Assembly (NCBI GenBank): GCA_964016885.1
Contig: OZ024740.1
Coordinates: 283,340,001 to 283,404,000 of the forward strand
Source of the DNA: Eledone cirrhosa
Lineage: Eukaryota
Length of the DNA: 64,000 nt
Direction: 5' to 3'
Part shown: positions 14,169-28,495 of the stretch, piece after piece
Numbering within the stretch: the stretch's first letter is position 1
Layout: every line of letters starts with the position of its first letter
The notes under the pieces: generated by a model
Told to the model about the DNA's origin: nothing
The model's database searches: none
What the model saw: only the letters and a program-made list of their open reading frames with translations
Made by a program: the position numbers and the translations under genes

Positions 14169-14727
14169 TTTCTTTATTATTGGCCACAAGGGCCGAACAT
14201 AGAGGACAATACAAAGACAGGGGACAGTATGGCTTTACATATATTCGAGTAAAAAGTATAAACAAAAATAATTAACAAAAAATATCAACAATAGAATTTC
14301 CCAATGGGAGAAGGGGGGGGGGGCTTAACGCCCAGATATGACGTTAGGAACCCTACAAATGACGTTAAGATGACGTTAGGAACCCTACAAATGCCAACCC
14401 ACCCTCAGCTCCAATAGCACCCTATGAGGGTGCCCCTCTCTCCTTCCATCTTTCCAGCCTTAATAATAATTGTTTCTACTTTTGGCACAAGGCCAGCAAA
14501 TAACCCAGTGCATTACTGGTACTTTATTTTATCGACGACCCCCGTAAGGATGAAAGGTAAAGTCAACCTCGGCGGGATTTGAACCCAGCCTTAATAATAA
14601 TGTTTCTACTTATGGCACGAGGCCAGCAATCGCCTTTTTTTTTTTTCCCCAAGTTCATTACTGGTACTTCATTTTATCGAGACCGTAAGTATGAAAGGCA
14701 AAGTTAACCCTCTGCGGGATCTGAATC
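13790..14727 (-). mobile_element. Cluster of about four SINE family 1 copies or fragments interleaved with (AAT)n
   Basis: Reverse-complement SINE bodies at ~13790, 14057, 14466 and 14597. Confidence 0.85.
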
Positions 14728-14779
14728 ACCATCACCACCACCACCACCACCATCAGTATTAGCATTGCAACTACAACAA

Positions 14780-14896
14780 CATCATCATCATCATCATCAT
14801 CGTTATCATCATCATCATCATCATCATTATCATCATCATCATCATCATCATCATTATCATCATCATTATCATCATCATCATCATCAATATAATCAT

Positions 14897-14946
<50 letters not shown>

Positions 14947-15062
14947 ACTTCTTCATTATCATCATCATCATCACAAACACCTTCGTCATAATCAGGAACA
15001 ACACCATCAGCATCAGTATCAGTTTCACCATCACCATCATCACCATCATCATCATCATTAAT

Positions 15063-15093
<31 letters not shown>

Positions 15094-15095
15094 GT
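14780..15095. repeat. (CAT)n microsatellite
   Basis: Direct. Confidence 0.95.
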
Positions 15096-15324
15096 ATCAT
15101 GGTTATCATCATAGTCGTAGTCGTCATCATCACTATTATCAACGCCATCGCCGCTATCAATGTCATTGTCAACATCACCAGCAGCATCATCATCGCAGTA
15201 CTATCACTATCACCACCATCATCATCATCGTCACGTCATTATCACCGTTATTGTTTACTTCTCTTTCACTTTCTCTCTCTCTCACTTTCTCTCGCGATCT
15301 GTCTTCCACTATTTATTTACCTCC

Positions 15325-15380
<56 letters not shown>

Positions 15381-15385
<5 letters not shown>

Positions 15386-15579
15386 AAAAAGTATGACCCC
15401 GACGGCAGAGCTCAAGCCGTTTCGACGGCTATTTCTGGACTAAGTCCAGAAATAGCCATCGAAACAGCTTGAGCTGTGCCGTCAGGGTCATACTTTTTCC
15501 TATTTCCCACTCTACTACCCTAACTATTGAGTACTCTGGTGCGTTATGGTCCATCTGGTTCCTTACCACAATTCCTTTG

Positions 15580-15580
<1 letters not shown>
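15381..15580 (+). mobile_element. Fold-back element family C in a TA tract
   Basis: Inverted arms 15381-15441 / 15443-15503 plus family C 3' end. Confidence 0.85.
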
Positions 15581-15650
<70 letters not shown>

Positions 15651-15700
15651 TATATATCTCTCTCGCATTCTCTCTCATTCTCTCTCTCTCTCTCTCACTC

Positions 15701-15731
<31 letters not shown>

Positions 15732-16352
15732 CTTGTAAAACCCCAAGCGTCACGTTTCGTAATGTCCCATTTCTTGTGCGCCCGTGCGGCAAATAAAGAT
15801 ATATATCTATCTTTCTCTCTTGATAACTTTATTCACCGCAACTACAGTCATAACAACATCGCCATAAATACCAATGCCACTACAAGCACCATGACATATA
15901 TCAACTCGACAACAACTTGTACCACCACTACCACCTTCATTACACACCCCAATCAGAAGAATTATGTGGTTAAGTTATGTCACAAAACATGATTTCTGTT
16001 TCGATCCTGCTCCAGAGCTCCTAGATAAATGTATTTTCCCTAGCCTCATGTCAACCTAAACCTTGTAAGTGAAATTTGGTAGATGGAACTCAAACGGAAG
16101 CCCGTCGAAAAAAAAAAACGTTCTTGTTTTTGATTTATAGACCGAATCCTCTTCCTATTTGAACACCACCAGCACCTAGTCATTGGGTACATTTAGCGGA
16201 GTTTATTCTTTTGTAAACATTAGACCCTGGTCTCCTGTCTAAGGATTTCTTCGTCCTTTTCTCCCCACTAGGTTCGGAATCCCCTAAAAGTGTGTGGTCA
16301 TAAATGATACTTTTGCCTCCTCCTAAGTAATTAAACCACTAGCATCATCATC

Positions 16353-16542
16353 GTGGTGAATTGGCAGTATCGGTAGAGGGTCTGACGCCTTGCTTTGACG
16401 TATAGAGTTACGGTCCTTGCCATTCTGAGTTCAAATCCCGCCGAGATTAACTTTGCCTTTCATCCTTACGGCGTCGATAAAATAAAGTACCAGTAATGTA
16501 CTGGGTATTTGCTGGCCTTGTGCCAAATGTAGAAACAATTAT
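16353..16542 (+). mobile_element. SINE family 1
   Basis: Full consensus match. Confidence 0.9.
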
Positions 16543-16708
16543 CATCATTATCGCTACCATCTCCATACTTAAGATTAACATCACCGTATACCTCAGACGT
16601 GCACCACCGCCGACATCAGCATATATACCACACTTGAACCATTAACACTATCGCATACATCATTACTTTCACCACACGGACATTGTCACCACCACTATCA
16701 CTACCAGA

Positions 16709-16752
<44 letters not shown>

Positions 16753-17201
16753 CTCACCACCTCACAAACATAATCGCCATCACTATCACTACCAGTACGT
16801 CAATCACGTCACAAACTCACACACATACAAGCACAAATACACACATACACACATATACACAGACACACCATCAATGGCAATACCACATACATGTACACAT
16901 ATATACACACACATACATACGCATACACACAAACACACCATCATCACCACCTATGCCAGTACCACACACATACACTCCACGATTACTACTACCGCCACAC
17001 GCACCCCCCCCCCCCAGCAATAAATAGACCACTACCATCATCACCAGTAATACCACTACCACGCAGACATACACATAGACAATCGCCAATACCAAGACGA
17101 CTAACACACACGTATTTTCAGCACCAATACCACTACCAAACACACACCATCTCACAATTAATATCATCTCCACACCAATACCATTATCACATATATACAC
17201 A

Positions 17202-17570
17202 TGGTGGATTGGCAATATCGGTAGAGGGTCTGACGCCATGCTTTGACGCAAAGAATTACGGTCCTTGCCATTCTGAGTTCAAATCCCATGGAGGTTAACT
17301 TTGCCTTTCATCCTTACGGGGTCGATAAAATAAAGTACCAGTAATGCACTGGGTAATTGCTGGCCTTGTGCCTAAAGTAGAAACAATTATATTTATATCA
17401 GTATTGGTAGAGGGTCAGACAAGCTTTCCAGCGTAGTTATGTCGCTTTACGATCTGAGTTCAAATCCCGCCGAGGTTAACTTTGCCTTTCATCCTTACGG
17501 GGTCGATAAAATAAAGTACCAGTAATGCACTGGTGAATTGCTGGCCTTGTGCCAAAAGTAGAAACAATTA
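17202..17570 (+). mobile_element. Two tandem SINE family 1 copies
   Basis: Two consecutive consensus matches. Confidence 0.9.
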
Positions 17571-17799
17571 TCACATATACACACCGTCTCAACTAACACC
17601 AATGATACCACAACCAGACACACTCCATATCACTAAAATAGCCCTCCAGTACTATCAAAAACACACACGTAACATCACCACCATCACCATCAGAAATAAC
17701 ACTAGCACACACACACATACACCATTACTATCATCAAGACAATTACAACAACAAAATACCCACAGCAATATCACCACCACCAAACTCCACCATTGGCAT

Positions 17800-20005
17800 C
17801 ACCACCAGACCAACCAATAACACCAGTACCACCACCAACAATACACCGACAACACTACATATCACCGCCACTATCGCCACCACCATCATCACAACGACCA
17901 CCACCAGACCAACCAATAACACCAACACCACCACCACCACCACCAACAATACACCAACAACACTACATATCACCGCCACTATCGCCACCACCATCATCAC
18001 AACGACCACCACCAGACCAACCAATAACACCAACACCACCACCACCACCACCAACAATACACCAACAACACTACATATCACCGCCACTATCGCCACCACC
18101 ATCATCACAACGACCACCACCAGACCAACCAACACCACTACCACCACCACCACCACCACTACTACACCAACAACACTACATACCACCGCCACTATCGCCA
18201 CCACCATCATCACAACGACCACCACCAGACCAACCAATAACACCAACACCACCACCACCACCACTACACCAACAACACTACATACCACCGCCACTATCGC
18301 CACCACCATCATCACAACGACCACCACCAGACCAACCAATAACACCAACACCACCACCACCACCACTACACCAACAACACTACATACCACCGCCACTATC
18401 GCCACCACCATCATCACAACGACCACCACCAGACCAACCAATAACACCAACACCACTACCACCACCACTACACCAACAACACTACATACCACCGCCACTA
18501 TCGCCACCACCATCACCACAACGACCACCACCAGACCAACCAATAACACCCACACCACTACCACCACCACTACACCAACAACACTACATATCACCACCGC
18601 CACTATCGCCACCACCATCACCACAACGACCACCACCAGACCAACCAATAACACCCACACCACTACCACCACCACTACACCAACAACACTACATATCACC
18701 ACCACTATCGCCACCACCATCATCACAACGACCACCACCAGACCAACCAATAACACCCACACCACTACCACCACCACTACACCAACAACACTACATATCA
18801 CCACCGCCACTATCGCCACCACCATCACCACAACGACCACCACCAGACCAACCAATAACACCCACACCACTACCACCACCACTACACCAACAACACTACA
18901 TATCACCACCACTATGGCCACCACCATCATCACAACGACCACCACCAGACCAACCAATAACACCCACACCACTACCACCACCACTACACCAACAACACTA
19001 CATATCACCACCGCCACTATCGCCACCACCATCATCATCACGACCACCACCAGACCAACCAATAACACCAACACCACCACCACCACCACTACACCAACAA
19101 CACTACATACCACCGCCACTATCGCCACCACCATCATCACAACGACCACCACCAGACCAACCAATAACACCAACGCCACTACCACCACCACTACACCAAC
19201 AACACTACATACCACCGCCACTATCGCCACCACCATCATCACAACGACCACCACCAGACCAACCAATAACACCAACGCCACTACCACCACCACTGCACCA
19301 ACAACACTACATACCACCGCCACTATCGCCACCACCATCATCACAACGACCACCACCAGACCAACCAATAACACCAACGCCACTACCACCACCACTACAC
19401 CAACAACACTACATACCACCGCCACTATCGCCACCACCATCATCACAACGACCACCACCAGACCAACCAATAACACCAACGCCACTACCACCACCACTGC
19501 ACCAACAACACTACATACCACCGCCACTATCGCCACCACCATCATCACAACGACCACCACCAGACCAACCAATAACACCAACGCCACTACCACCACCACT
19601 GCACCAACAACACTACATACCACCGCCACTATCGCCACCCCCATCATCATCACGACCACCACCAGACCAACCAATAACACCAACACCACTACCACCACCA
19701 CTGCACCAACAACACTACATATCACCGCCACTATCGCCACCACCATCATCACAACGACCACCAGACCAACCAATAACACCAACACCACTACCATCACCAC
19801 TACACCAACAACACTACATATCACCGCCACTATCGCCACCACCATCATCACAACGATCACCACCAGACCAACCAATAACACCAACACCACTACCACCACC
19901 ACTACACCAACAACACTACATATCACCACCACTATCGCCACCACCATCATCACAACGATCACCACCAGACCAACCAATAACACCAACACCAGTACCACCA
20001 CTACT
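17800..20005. repeat. ~102-bp minisatellite, about 21-22 copies, stop-free in three frames
   Basis: Unit ccaccagaccaaccaataacacc...ctacat...ccactatcgccaccaccatcatcacaacga; 34-aa periodicity in the ORF track. Confidence 0.95.
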
Positions 20006-20039
20006 CATATGTGTGTAGATGTCATACCATATATTAATA

Positions 20040-20632
20040 ATAGTTTCTGGTTTAGGCACAAGGCCAAACATTTTGGGGGTGGCGAAAGTCGATTAAATCG
20101 GCCCCAATCGGTTACTGGTACTTTATTTTATTGACTTCGTGTGGATGAAAGGTAAAACTAAACCCGGTGGGATTTGAATTCAGAACGTAAAAGGCCTTAA
20201 CTCTATGCAGCAAAGCATGTTTTCCGGTGCTCTATTAATAATGGTTTCTTATATAGACACAAGGCCAGCAATTGTGGGGGGGGGGGGGAGAAAGTCGATC
20301 AAATTGACCCCAGTGCGTGACAGGTACTTTATTTTATTGACTTCGTAAGGATGAAATGTAAAACTAACCGCGGCGGCATTTGAACTCGGAACGTAAAAGG
20401 CCTTAACTCTATGCAGCAAAGCATGTTTTCCGGCGCTCTATTAATAATTGTTTCTACTTTTGGCACAAGGCCAGCAATTACTCAGTGTATTACTGGTACT
20501 TTATTTTATCGACCCCGTAAGGATGAAAGGCAAAGTTAACCTCGGCGGGATTTGAACTCAGAATGGCAAGGGCCGTAACTCTATACGTCAAAGCATGGCA
20601 TCCGACCGTCTACCGATACTGCCAATCCACAA
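20040..20632 (-). mobile_element. Three tandem SINE family 1 copies
   Basis: Reverse-complement bodies at ~20040, 20240 and 20445. Confidence 0.88.
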
Positions 20633-20705
20633 TGATGACAATTTAATTAACTGTTCTTATATGTTAGTGTGTATATAGATAGGCTGCATTATATTGCAGT
20701 TAGGG

Positions 20706-20892
20706 GCGGTGGATTGGCAGTATCGGTAGAGGGTCGGACGCCATGCTTTCCAGCATAGTTACGTCCCTTTACGATCTGAGTTCAAATCCCGCCGAGGTTG
20801 ACTTTGCCTTTCATCCTTACGGGGTCGATAAAATAACGTACCAGTAATGCACTGGGTAATTGCTGGCCTTGTGCCTAAAGTAGAAACAATTA
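20706..20892 (+). mobile_element. SINE family 1 with target-site duplication
   Basis: Near-consensus copy; attatattgcagtta flanks both ends. Confidence 0.92.
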
Positions 20893-21935
20893 TATTGCAG
20901 TTACATTTAGAATTCAGTTATTCGGTGAAAACTTGTGAATTAACGGATGAGTGATTGAATATTTCATAGACAAGTGCAGATTCAGTGTGTCACAATATGT
21001 GACAAAAATAGGCTTTTGAATTACAAGTACAATCTATCCAACCCATTACCATACAGTTCACCTCGGGTTGATCCGAGGGTAAAGTAAAGACACTTGCCGA
21101 AGATAACACACGGTGAGGCATTATGAGTGATATCCTTATTCGGAAGTGAACATCTTCACCACTGAGCAATGCCTGATATACTAAAATATAACCCTGAACA
21201 GAGCAATGTTTTACATATTAATATATCCTTGGTGAAGGTGAGTGCCCTTGTGGCAAGGGTGCCAAGCATAGAATCGTAGTATGTTCTTTACCTGGATTCG
21301 ACGGTGTGTTGTGTTTCTGGGGGAGACACTTCATTACAAGTTGCTTCAGTCCACTCAACTGAACTGAAACCGATTACCAGCATTAGCAGTGGGTTAAAAC
21401 AACAATCAACTGACATTGCATCCAGAAGACACTCTTCACATTTCAGTTACTTAACGCCAACGAAACCAAAATAAGCTCTGGCCTGATGATACTCTGAGCT
21501 TGAGATAGACTTTAATTTAAGTTGATATATATATCTGTAACAATGGGATATTACTGATACTGATAAATGGTGGATAAATCAATATTTACCTCATTTATCT
21601 TGTTCAATATAATAAAAGCCATACGTAAATATAGTCATTGTTATCTATCTTTGATCTAAAACATATGTCTGATTGTCAAAGTCTCCATTATCCAATGCTT
21701 CTTACCCTTCTTAAAGACAATGAGTTGTGTACTATGCGAGGGACGTTTGATTTCTATTGTTCTTTAAGTCGAGTTACAACATATATATTTATTCCTCAAT
21801 CACTCGTCGACTCACTATCGGGTATATACTACACATTGCCATGCATTCCAGGAGAGAACACGTAATTAATACTCACTTCTGAGGGAATATTGTTTGCTGA
21901 TGCTTATCCCTGAAGTCGACTCTGATCAACTAGAC

Positions 21936-22732
21936 GAGAGGTTCTCAAAGTGGCGCTACCACACCCGGCGAGGGAGTGGTAGAGGTGATCTAATAGTATA
22001 TTAAATATCAATGACGCATATATATAATTATAGTAAAATAAAAAATATATATTTAATTATACATAGTATTTATTTATACATAGTATTTATATTATTTATT
22101 ACTAGCAGAAAACCACCTTTCGGGTGGTTTTCTGCTAGCATGTATAGTGTGAATATTGATATTATACGCAAGTATATATGCATGTAGATATGATACATCA
22201 AATAAAATCGTAATTGACAATATACACAGAAATTGAAAGAAGACTGCGTTACATTCTCTTATGTAATCAGTAACGTAATCCATGATACATTAAAAAAAAA
22301 GACGATATTATATATAAATTAGTGACGGAAATATATGAATGTTTATTTAAGCGATCGATAACCGCAAGTGTTGACATTTGAAGATTTTAAAGAAGTGAAT
22401 CTTTAAATAAGCAATAAAATATATGTAATCAAAAGCTACGAAAATTAGCACATAAATTATGTAATATTCATTCATTATTTATTCAAAGAAATCCAACTTA
22501 TTTTACAAACGGGATAAAAAATTATATTCTGGATGCAGTCCCGCACTCCTTTCTATTATAGTTTAGATATATAAATTAACCATTTTATTTTTATTTATAA
22601 TATATTATTTACAATTTGCATGTAGGCTGGTCTCTCTGGAAATAGATGGGGGGGGGGCGTTAAAGGTATTACGTGGGGATATATTGGGTCATAAGTGGGG
22701 ATATATTGGGTCAAAAAGATTGAGAACCTCTG
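21936..22732. mobile_element. hAT (Charlie-type) MITE
   Basis: Perfect 8-bp TSD aactagac (21928-21935, 22733-22740); TIRs gagaggttctcaa / ttgagaacctctg. Confidence 0.85.
22100..22572 (-). mobile_element. Possible non-autonomous Helitron-like insert inside the hAT MITE
   Basis: ACTAG end with an adjacent GC-rich hairpin (22102-22138); other end attatagtttagat. Confidence 0.4.
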
Positions 22733-22755
22733 AACTAGACCTTCGAATGAAGAGC

Positions 22756-22866
22756 TTCCAGTTATAGCCATACTATGTTTATTTCCAGTTATAGCCATAC
22801 TATGTTTATTTCCAGTTATAGCCATACTATGTTTATTTCCAGTTATAGCTATACTATGTTTATTTC
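22756..22866. repeat. 27-bp tandem repeat, 4 copies
   Basis: ttccagttatagccatactatgtttat x4. Confidence 0.95.
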
Positions 22867-23496
22867 GTTTGACTAATTTGTGTCGAATGATTAAGAAATC
22901 AGCTTTGCCATTATCAAGATCCCAGTTTGATCGCAATATGTGACATCTTTGGCCAGTGTCAGTTACCATAATTAATATCGGTCAATCAAAACCATAGGAT
23001 TGAAACACGTCGGATTATTTATACCTTTATTTCAAATGTCCAGCATGCTCACATATTGTGTCACGCTGATTCTCCCTGAGAATTATGTTAACGCTGCAAC
23101 TATACGAGGAATACTCAGCCACTTAGGTGTACATTTTATGAGGTGGCTGTTCCATTGATTAAATAACTCCAAAATTTATTGTTTGAAACATCTGAGAAAA
23201 CTTTCCATTCAAGAAAGTAATTCTAGAGAGATTTGGCTGCTATTTTGAGCACGTCACGTACCAATATAAATGATCCGACGTACGAAAAAAGAGAACAATT
23301 TGAACGAAGGTCGATAATTGATTATGTTGGCCATATTATATTGATATCGGAGATAAAAAAGATGAGAGGAGAGGTTGGAATATAGTGTAGCAGAACTTCT
23401 TGATTTTACCTACGAACAATGGGACACTAAAAGACAGAAATATATAGGCCACTGATGTGTTTACAACAATTGTATTATACTTATCTTTCTCTCTCC

Positions 23497-23818
<322 letters not shown>

Positions 23819-23892
23819 GCCCCCCCCCAAAAGAAATGTATACACACTTATATTAGAATTGTTGAAGTGTGTATAAATGTTTGAGGACACAC

Positions 23893-23927
<35 letters not shown>

Positions 23928-24228
23928 TAATTTCTTGTTATAGAATCTAATTTCCTTGTATTTTAAATAAGATTGGTATTTCTCACTAACAACTTTACCC
24001 TAAAACTTTATTCTCCTTCGGCTTTAACATTAACATTATTCTTTAATGACATCAAATGTTCGTGTACCTTTCACCGGCTTGAGCTCTTTTCATCCCAAAG
24101 TATTCCTGTCATTCAAAGTATTCTTTCCCTTCAAAACTTAGGTTTGCATTCCTCTACCCCTAAATTAAATTTCTACTACTAATATTCTATCAACTTGACC
24201 TCTTACTACTTTTATATTGGAGTTATAA

Positions 24229-24950
24229 ACAATACAAAGAAATACACAGACACATGCGAATACATACATATACATGCATATACCCACATATATCCCTGAA
24301 TGTGTGTGGTGCCAACCTTAACCGTTGTGGCTCTATGAATAATAGGGACGAGATAATTGTTTATAACTCCCTACGGCAGAGTACCCACTGAAGTATAGAG
24401 ACTGCTGTTAAGCTTACACTAATCACACTTCTCGCCCTCCTAGCCAACTCTTCTGCGGCCTTGACATAAATACCCCCTCCGCCTTTTGTGGTATTTTTCT
24501 CTTGGTTGTAAGAGGCTTAGCTCTGTTTCTTGACCGCTGTATCACGTGATAAGTTCCCCCTCCGCCTTTCGGGATTCTATCTCGCGTCCTACGGACGTGT
24601 TTTGAAACTCTAAGTGAGGTATCCTCTTGATAAGTCGGCAAACCTCACAAAAATACTGCATCTCTATGATGTTATGTTTTTGCATAATAGCCACGAAACT
24701 ACGTAGTCGAGGATAATGAAGGAATTTAGGTATATTATATCTTTTTATTTATATCTAATGTTTATTCTTTCTTTATAATGTATTATATAGCTCTGATATT
24801 GAATCAATCTAATCCATTCAGATTATTTTCTCCCTATTATTCATAGAGCAACAACGGTTAAGGTTGGCACCACACAAATTCAGGGATATATGTGGGTATA
24901 TGCATGTATATGTATGTATTCGCATGTGTCTGGGTTTTTCTTTGTATTGT
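24229..24950. mobile_element. Non-autonomous element with ~130-bp terminal inverted repeats
   Basis: 24229-24358 is the near-exact reverse complement of 24822-24950. Confidence 0.85.
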
Positions 24951-25059
24951 ATATATATATAAGGAAAAGAAATCGAAAGTGAGATGGAGGGTTTGTGGTT
25001 TTTCTCGCATCTCAGATGCGAGAAACGCCACAAACCCTCCATCTCCATTCTACACTAAT

Positions 25060-25285
25060 GTTAGCTGGACATGCTCACCGACATCCAGAGTTGACACTGC
25101 AATCAGTGCTCCCGTGGGAGCCCCTGCATGGAAACATTGGAAGAGGAAGACCGAGGTTAACATATGTTGATGCCCTAAGAACAGACACTGGTCTCTTGGA
25201 GACGCAGGACATGGCAGCGATAATGAGGGACAGAGACCGCTGGAGAGAACTCGTCCATGGATCTCGGGAATTTTATCTGCCCTAG
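25060..25285 (+). mobile_element. 3' end of a LINE (RTE-like ORF2 C-terminus)
   Basis: LAGHAHRH...LPWEPLHG..GRGRPRLTYVDALRTDTGL...DRDRWR motif; TA-repeat tail. Confidence 0.8.
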
Positions 25286-25354
25286 ATATATATATATATT
25301 TCGCACTTTTGCTTATCTGTCTTGGGTGCGTATATCTTAATCCTTATTTCAAAC

Positions 25355-25960
25355 ATTTACACAAGGCCAGGAAGTGGAAAATGGATTATACCGAACCCAC
25401 TGTTTCACTGGTATTTTATTTTATCGATGCTGGAAAGATGAAAATCAGTGTTGACTTCACCGGGATTCGAAAGTCAAATATATAAAGTCGTAACTAAACA
25501 CCAGAAAGTATTTTCCCCGGTGTTTTACGGATGCTGATAATTCATCAACTTATTGATTCTAAGAGGCACACGGCCAGCAATTTTGAACGAGAGTAAATTC
25601 GATCATATGGATCCCAGTTTTTTAGTGGTATCTTATTTTATTCACCCCGTAAGAATGAAAAGCAATATTGACCAAGGCAGAATTTGAAAGCAGTAGTAAC
25701 AGAATACTGAAATGCATTTTATCCCACTTGACAAAACTCAACCACTCCACCACCCTCATATATTTTAATAGTCCTTTATAGTTTGGTACGAGGCCAGCAA
25801 TTTGGATGAAGGGGAAATTCGATTATATCAGCCCCAGTCCTTAAATGAGACTTTATTGGTCTTGTAATGATGATATGTAAAGTGAATCTCGGCTGGATTT
25901 GAATTCAGAACGTAGAAATTCTTTACTAAACACCGCAAAGCATTTGCTCCCATACTCTAA
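25355..25960 (-). mobile_element. Three old, diverged SINE family 1-related copies
   Basis: Degenerate reverse-complement SINE bodies. Confidence 0.7.
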
Positions 25961-26137
25961 TTCAAACCCTCCATAACTCGTAATAATATACTAGGCTGTA
26001 TTCCATATTGAAACAATTTTGTGGTCACTTTCTATTTCGTGTTGCTATGATTTCTTTTATTTCCTTATGTTTTTGAAAAAAAAATGTACACAAATACTCA
26101 CGCGTGTACATATACCTACACATATATTGATAAACAT

Positions 26138-26337
26138 NNNNNNNNNNNNNNNNNNNNNNNNNNNNNNNNNNNNNNNNNNNNNNNNNNNNNNNNNNNNNNN
26201 NNNNNNNNNNNNNNNNNNNNNNNNNNNNNNNNNNNNNNNNNNNNNNNNNNNNNNNNNNNNNNNNNNNNNNNNNNNNNNNNNNNNNNNNNNNNNNNNNNNN
26301 NNNNNNNNNNNNNNNNNNNNNNNNNNNNNNNNNNNNN
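26138..26337. other. Assembly gap (200 N)
   Basis: Run of N. Confidence 1.
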
Positions 26338-26643
26338 TATATATATATATATTATATATATATATATTTATGGAGGATATGTAATTAGTAGTTTTGTTAA
26401 CTATTGATTCAAGATTAATTCTATATAACCTTTCGGAATAGCTTCATATGTGTCCATCAAAGAGTGATTGGCTCTATTGACACGATGGTGTTCAATAAAT
26501 AGACCAGTTGTGGCATTCATTAATTTCTCAAGGGCATAAAGACATGAAGTGAATTTGCTGCAACTTGATCACGCATTCGATTGGCTATCGATCACGTCAT
26601 AACATAAGGCGTATACCAATTGAATGACACACATACACACATG

Positions 26644-26698
<55 letters not shown>

Positions 26699-26713
26699 TA
26701 TATATATATATAA

Positions 26714-26746
<33 letters not shown>

Positions 26747-26922
26747 CAGTCAAAATTCTGTTATAACGAATACCATTATAATGATTTTTTCAGTATAACG
26801 AAACTTTTTTCAATCCCCGGGTAATAACAAATAAAAGCTCGATTTGTTTCGCTCTATTTCGGCATAAAGAATTTTTCGTTACAACAATTTTTTTTTAGAC
26901 CCTGTGAATTCGATATAACGGA

Positions 26923-26925
<3 letters not shown>
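26747..26925. mobile_element. Tigger/pogo-type MITE in a TA tract
   Basis: TA-cagtcaaaattctgttataacgaa start and inverted ttcgatataacggaat end; repeated tataacga motifs. Confidence 0.6.
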
Positions 26926-26953
<28 letters not shown>

Positions 26954-27407
26954 AATAGTAAATACAAAGACGAAAATCCGAAGACTATACACTTGTACCT
27001 TAAAAATAAAACAAAAAAAGTATTTGAAAATATAAAAGAGCTGCTGAAAAGATGTGGGGCCCTTTATTAATGAATTTACCCAAGGAATGCTTACAGAGGA
27101 TGTCAGTGATTGCAGGGAGATTACAATACATTATAGGCAAACAGGAATGTGGGTTATTCTGACCTCAACTTAACCAGTGGGTTTCAACCTGTGTGAAGTG
27201 CTGTCTTTTTGTTTTATATAATTTCTTGTGTTATTTATTCTCTATTTTATAGACATGTTTTGCTTATTTTATTTACTTTTGTATTACGTCCTTGCCTGTG
27301 TTCTCATATTTATATAATTTGGTCAGTGAAGACACACTAGTATTGTAACGCATTTGTTTATATTTACTTTATTTTTTCGTTAAGCACTTGTGGCTACTAA
27401 AGTAATC

Positions 27408-27773
27408 ATTGTTTCTACTTTTGGCACAAGGCCAGCAATTATCCCACTGTATTACTGGTACTTTATTTTATCGACCCCGTAAGGATGAAAGGCAAAGTTA
27501 ACTTCGGTGGAATTTGAACTCAGACCATAAAGGGCCGTAACTCTTTGCTGCAAAGCATGACATTCGACCCTCTAACGATACTGCCAATCCACCGCCATTA
27601 GTTTCTACTGTTGGCACAACGTCAGCGAATACCCCAGTGCATCACTGGTACTTTATTTTATCGACCTCATAAGGATGAAAGCAAAGTTCTCCTCGACGGA
27701 TTTGAACTCAGAATACAAAGGGCCATAACTATTTTGCAAAGCATGGTGTCTGACGCTCTACCGATACTGCCAA
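27408..27773 (-). mobile_element. Two SINE family 1 copies
   Basis: Reverse-complement consensus, twice. Confidence 0.88.
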
Positions 27774-27829
27774 GTAACAATAATAATTAATATTATTATT
27801 ATTATGATTAATAATATTAATTATTATTG

Positions 27830-28495
27830 TTACGGGGTCGATACAATAAAGTACCAGTAATCCACTGGTAATTGCTGGACTTGTGCCTAAAGTAGAAACA
27901 ATTATTATTATTATTATTATTATTGTTACTAAGGGTCGTCGTTTAGAAGTATTGATAGAGCGTCAAAGACCCTCCTTTGCAGCATAGAGTTATGGCCTTT
28001 TACGTTCTGAGTTCAAATCCTGCCAGGTTAACTTTGCCTTTCATCCTTATGGGGGTCGATAAAATAAAGCACCAGTAACGTACTGGGGTCATTTTAATCA
28101 ACTCCCCCCCCCCCAGATGTCTGGCCTTGTGCCTATACTAGAAATCATTATTAATATTGTTAAGAGCGGTTGCATAGCGGTATCGGTAGAGCGTCAGACA
28201 TCATGCTTAGCAACATAGAGTTATGACCCTTTACGTTCTGGGTTCAAATCCCGCCAGATTAACTTTACCTTTCATCCTTACGGGGGTCGATAAAATAAAG
28301 CACCAGTAATGCACTGGGGTAATTGCTGGCCTTGTGCCAAAAGTAGAAACATAATTATTAATATTGTTGTTGTTGTTACTATTGGGTTGGTTTGGGTCGA
28401 TAGAATAAAATACAAGTAGCGCACTGGTGTCCATTTAATCAACTTTACCCTCAGACAAAATTGTTGACCTTGAGCCTAAATAAAAAAAACCATTA
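27830..28495 (+). mobile_element. Cluster of SINE family 1 copies or fragments
   Basis: About four + strand bodies separated by (TTA)n. Confidence 0.85.

Noticed and set aside
13010-15193. Poly-Ser/Asp/Met/His ORFs
   Set aside because: (CAT)n microsatellites
17800-20005. CRISPR-like regular array
   Set aside because: Whole unit is repeated with no unique spacers, no cas genes, and a eukaryotic context
20706-20800. tRNA gene
   Set aside because: A and B boxes belong to a multi-copy SINE head with no cloverleaf
26019-26407. ORFs spanning the N run
   Set aside because: Artefact of the assembly gap
26950-27400. Possible PLE 3' end after a TA tract (EKMWGPLL; GTGAAGA at ~27325)
   Set aside because: Too degenerate to support without a search
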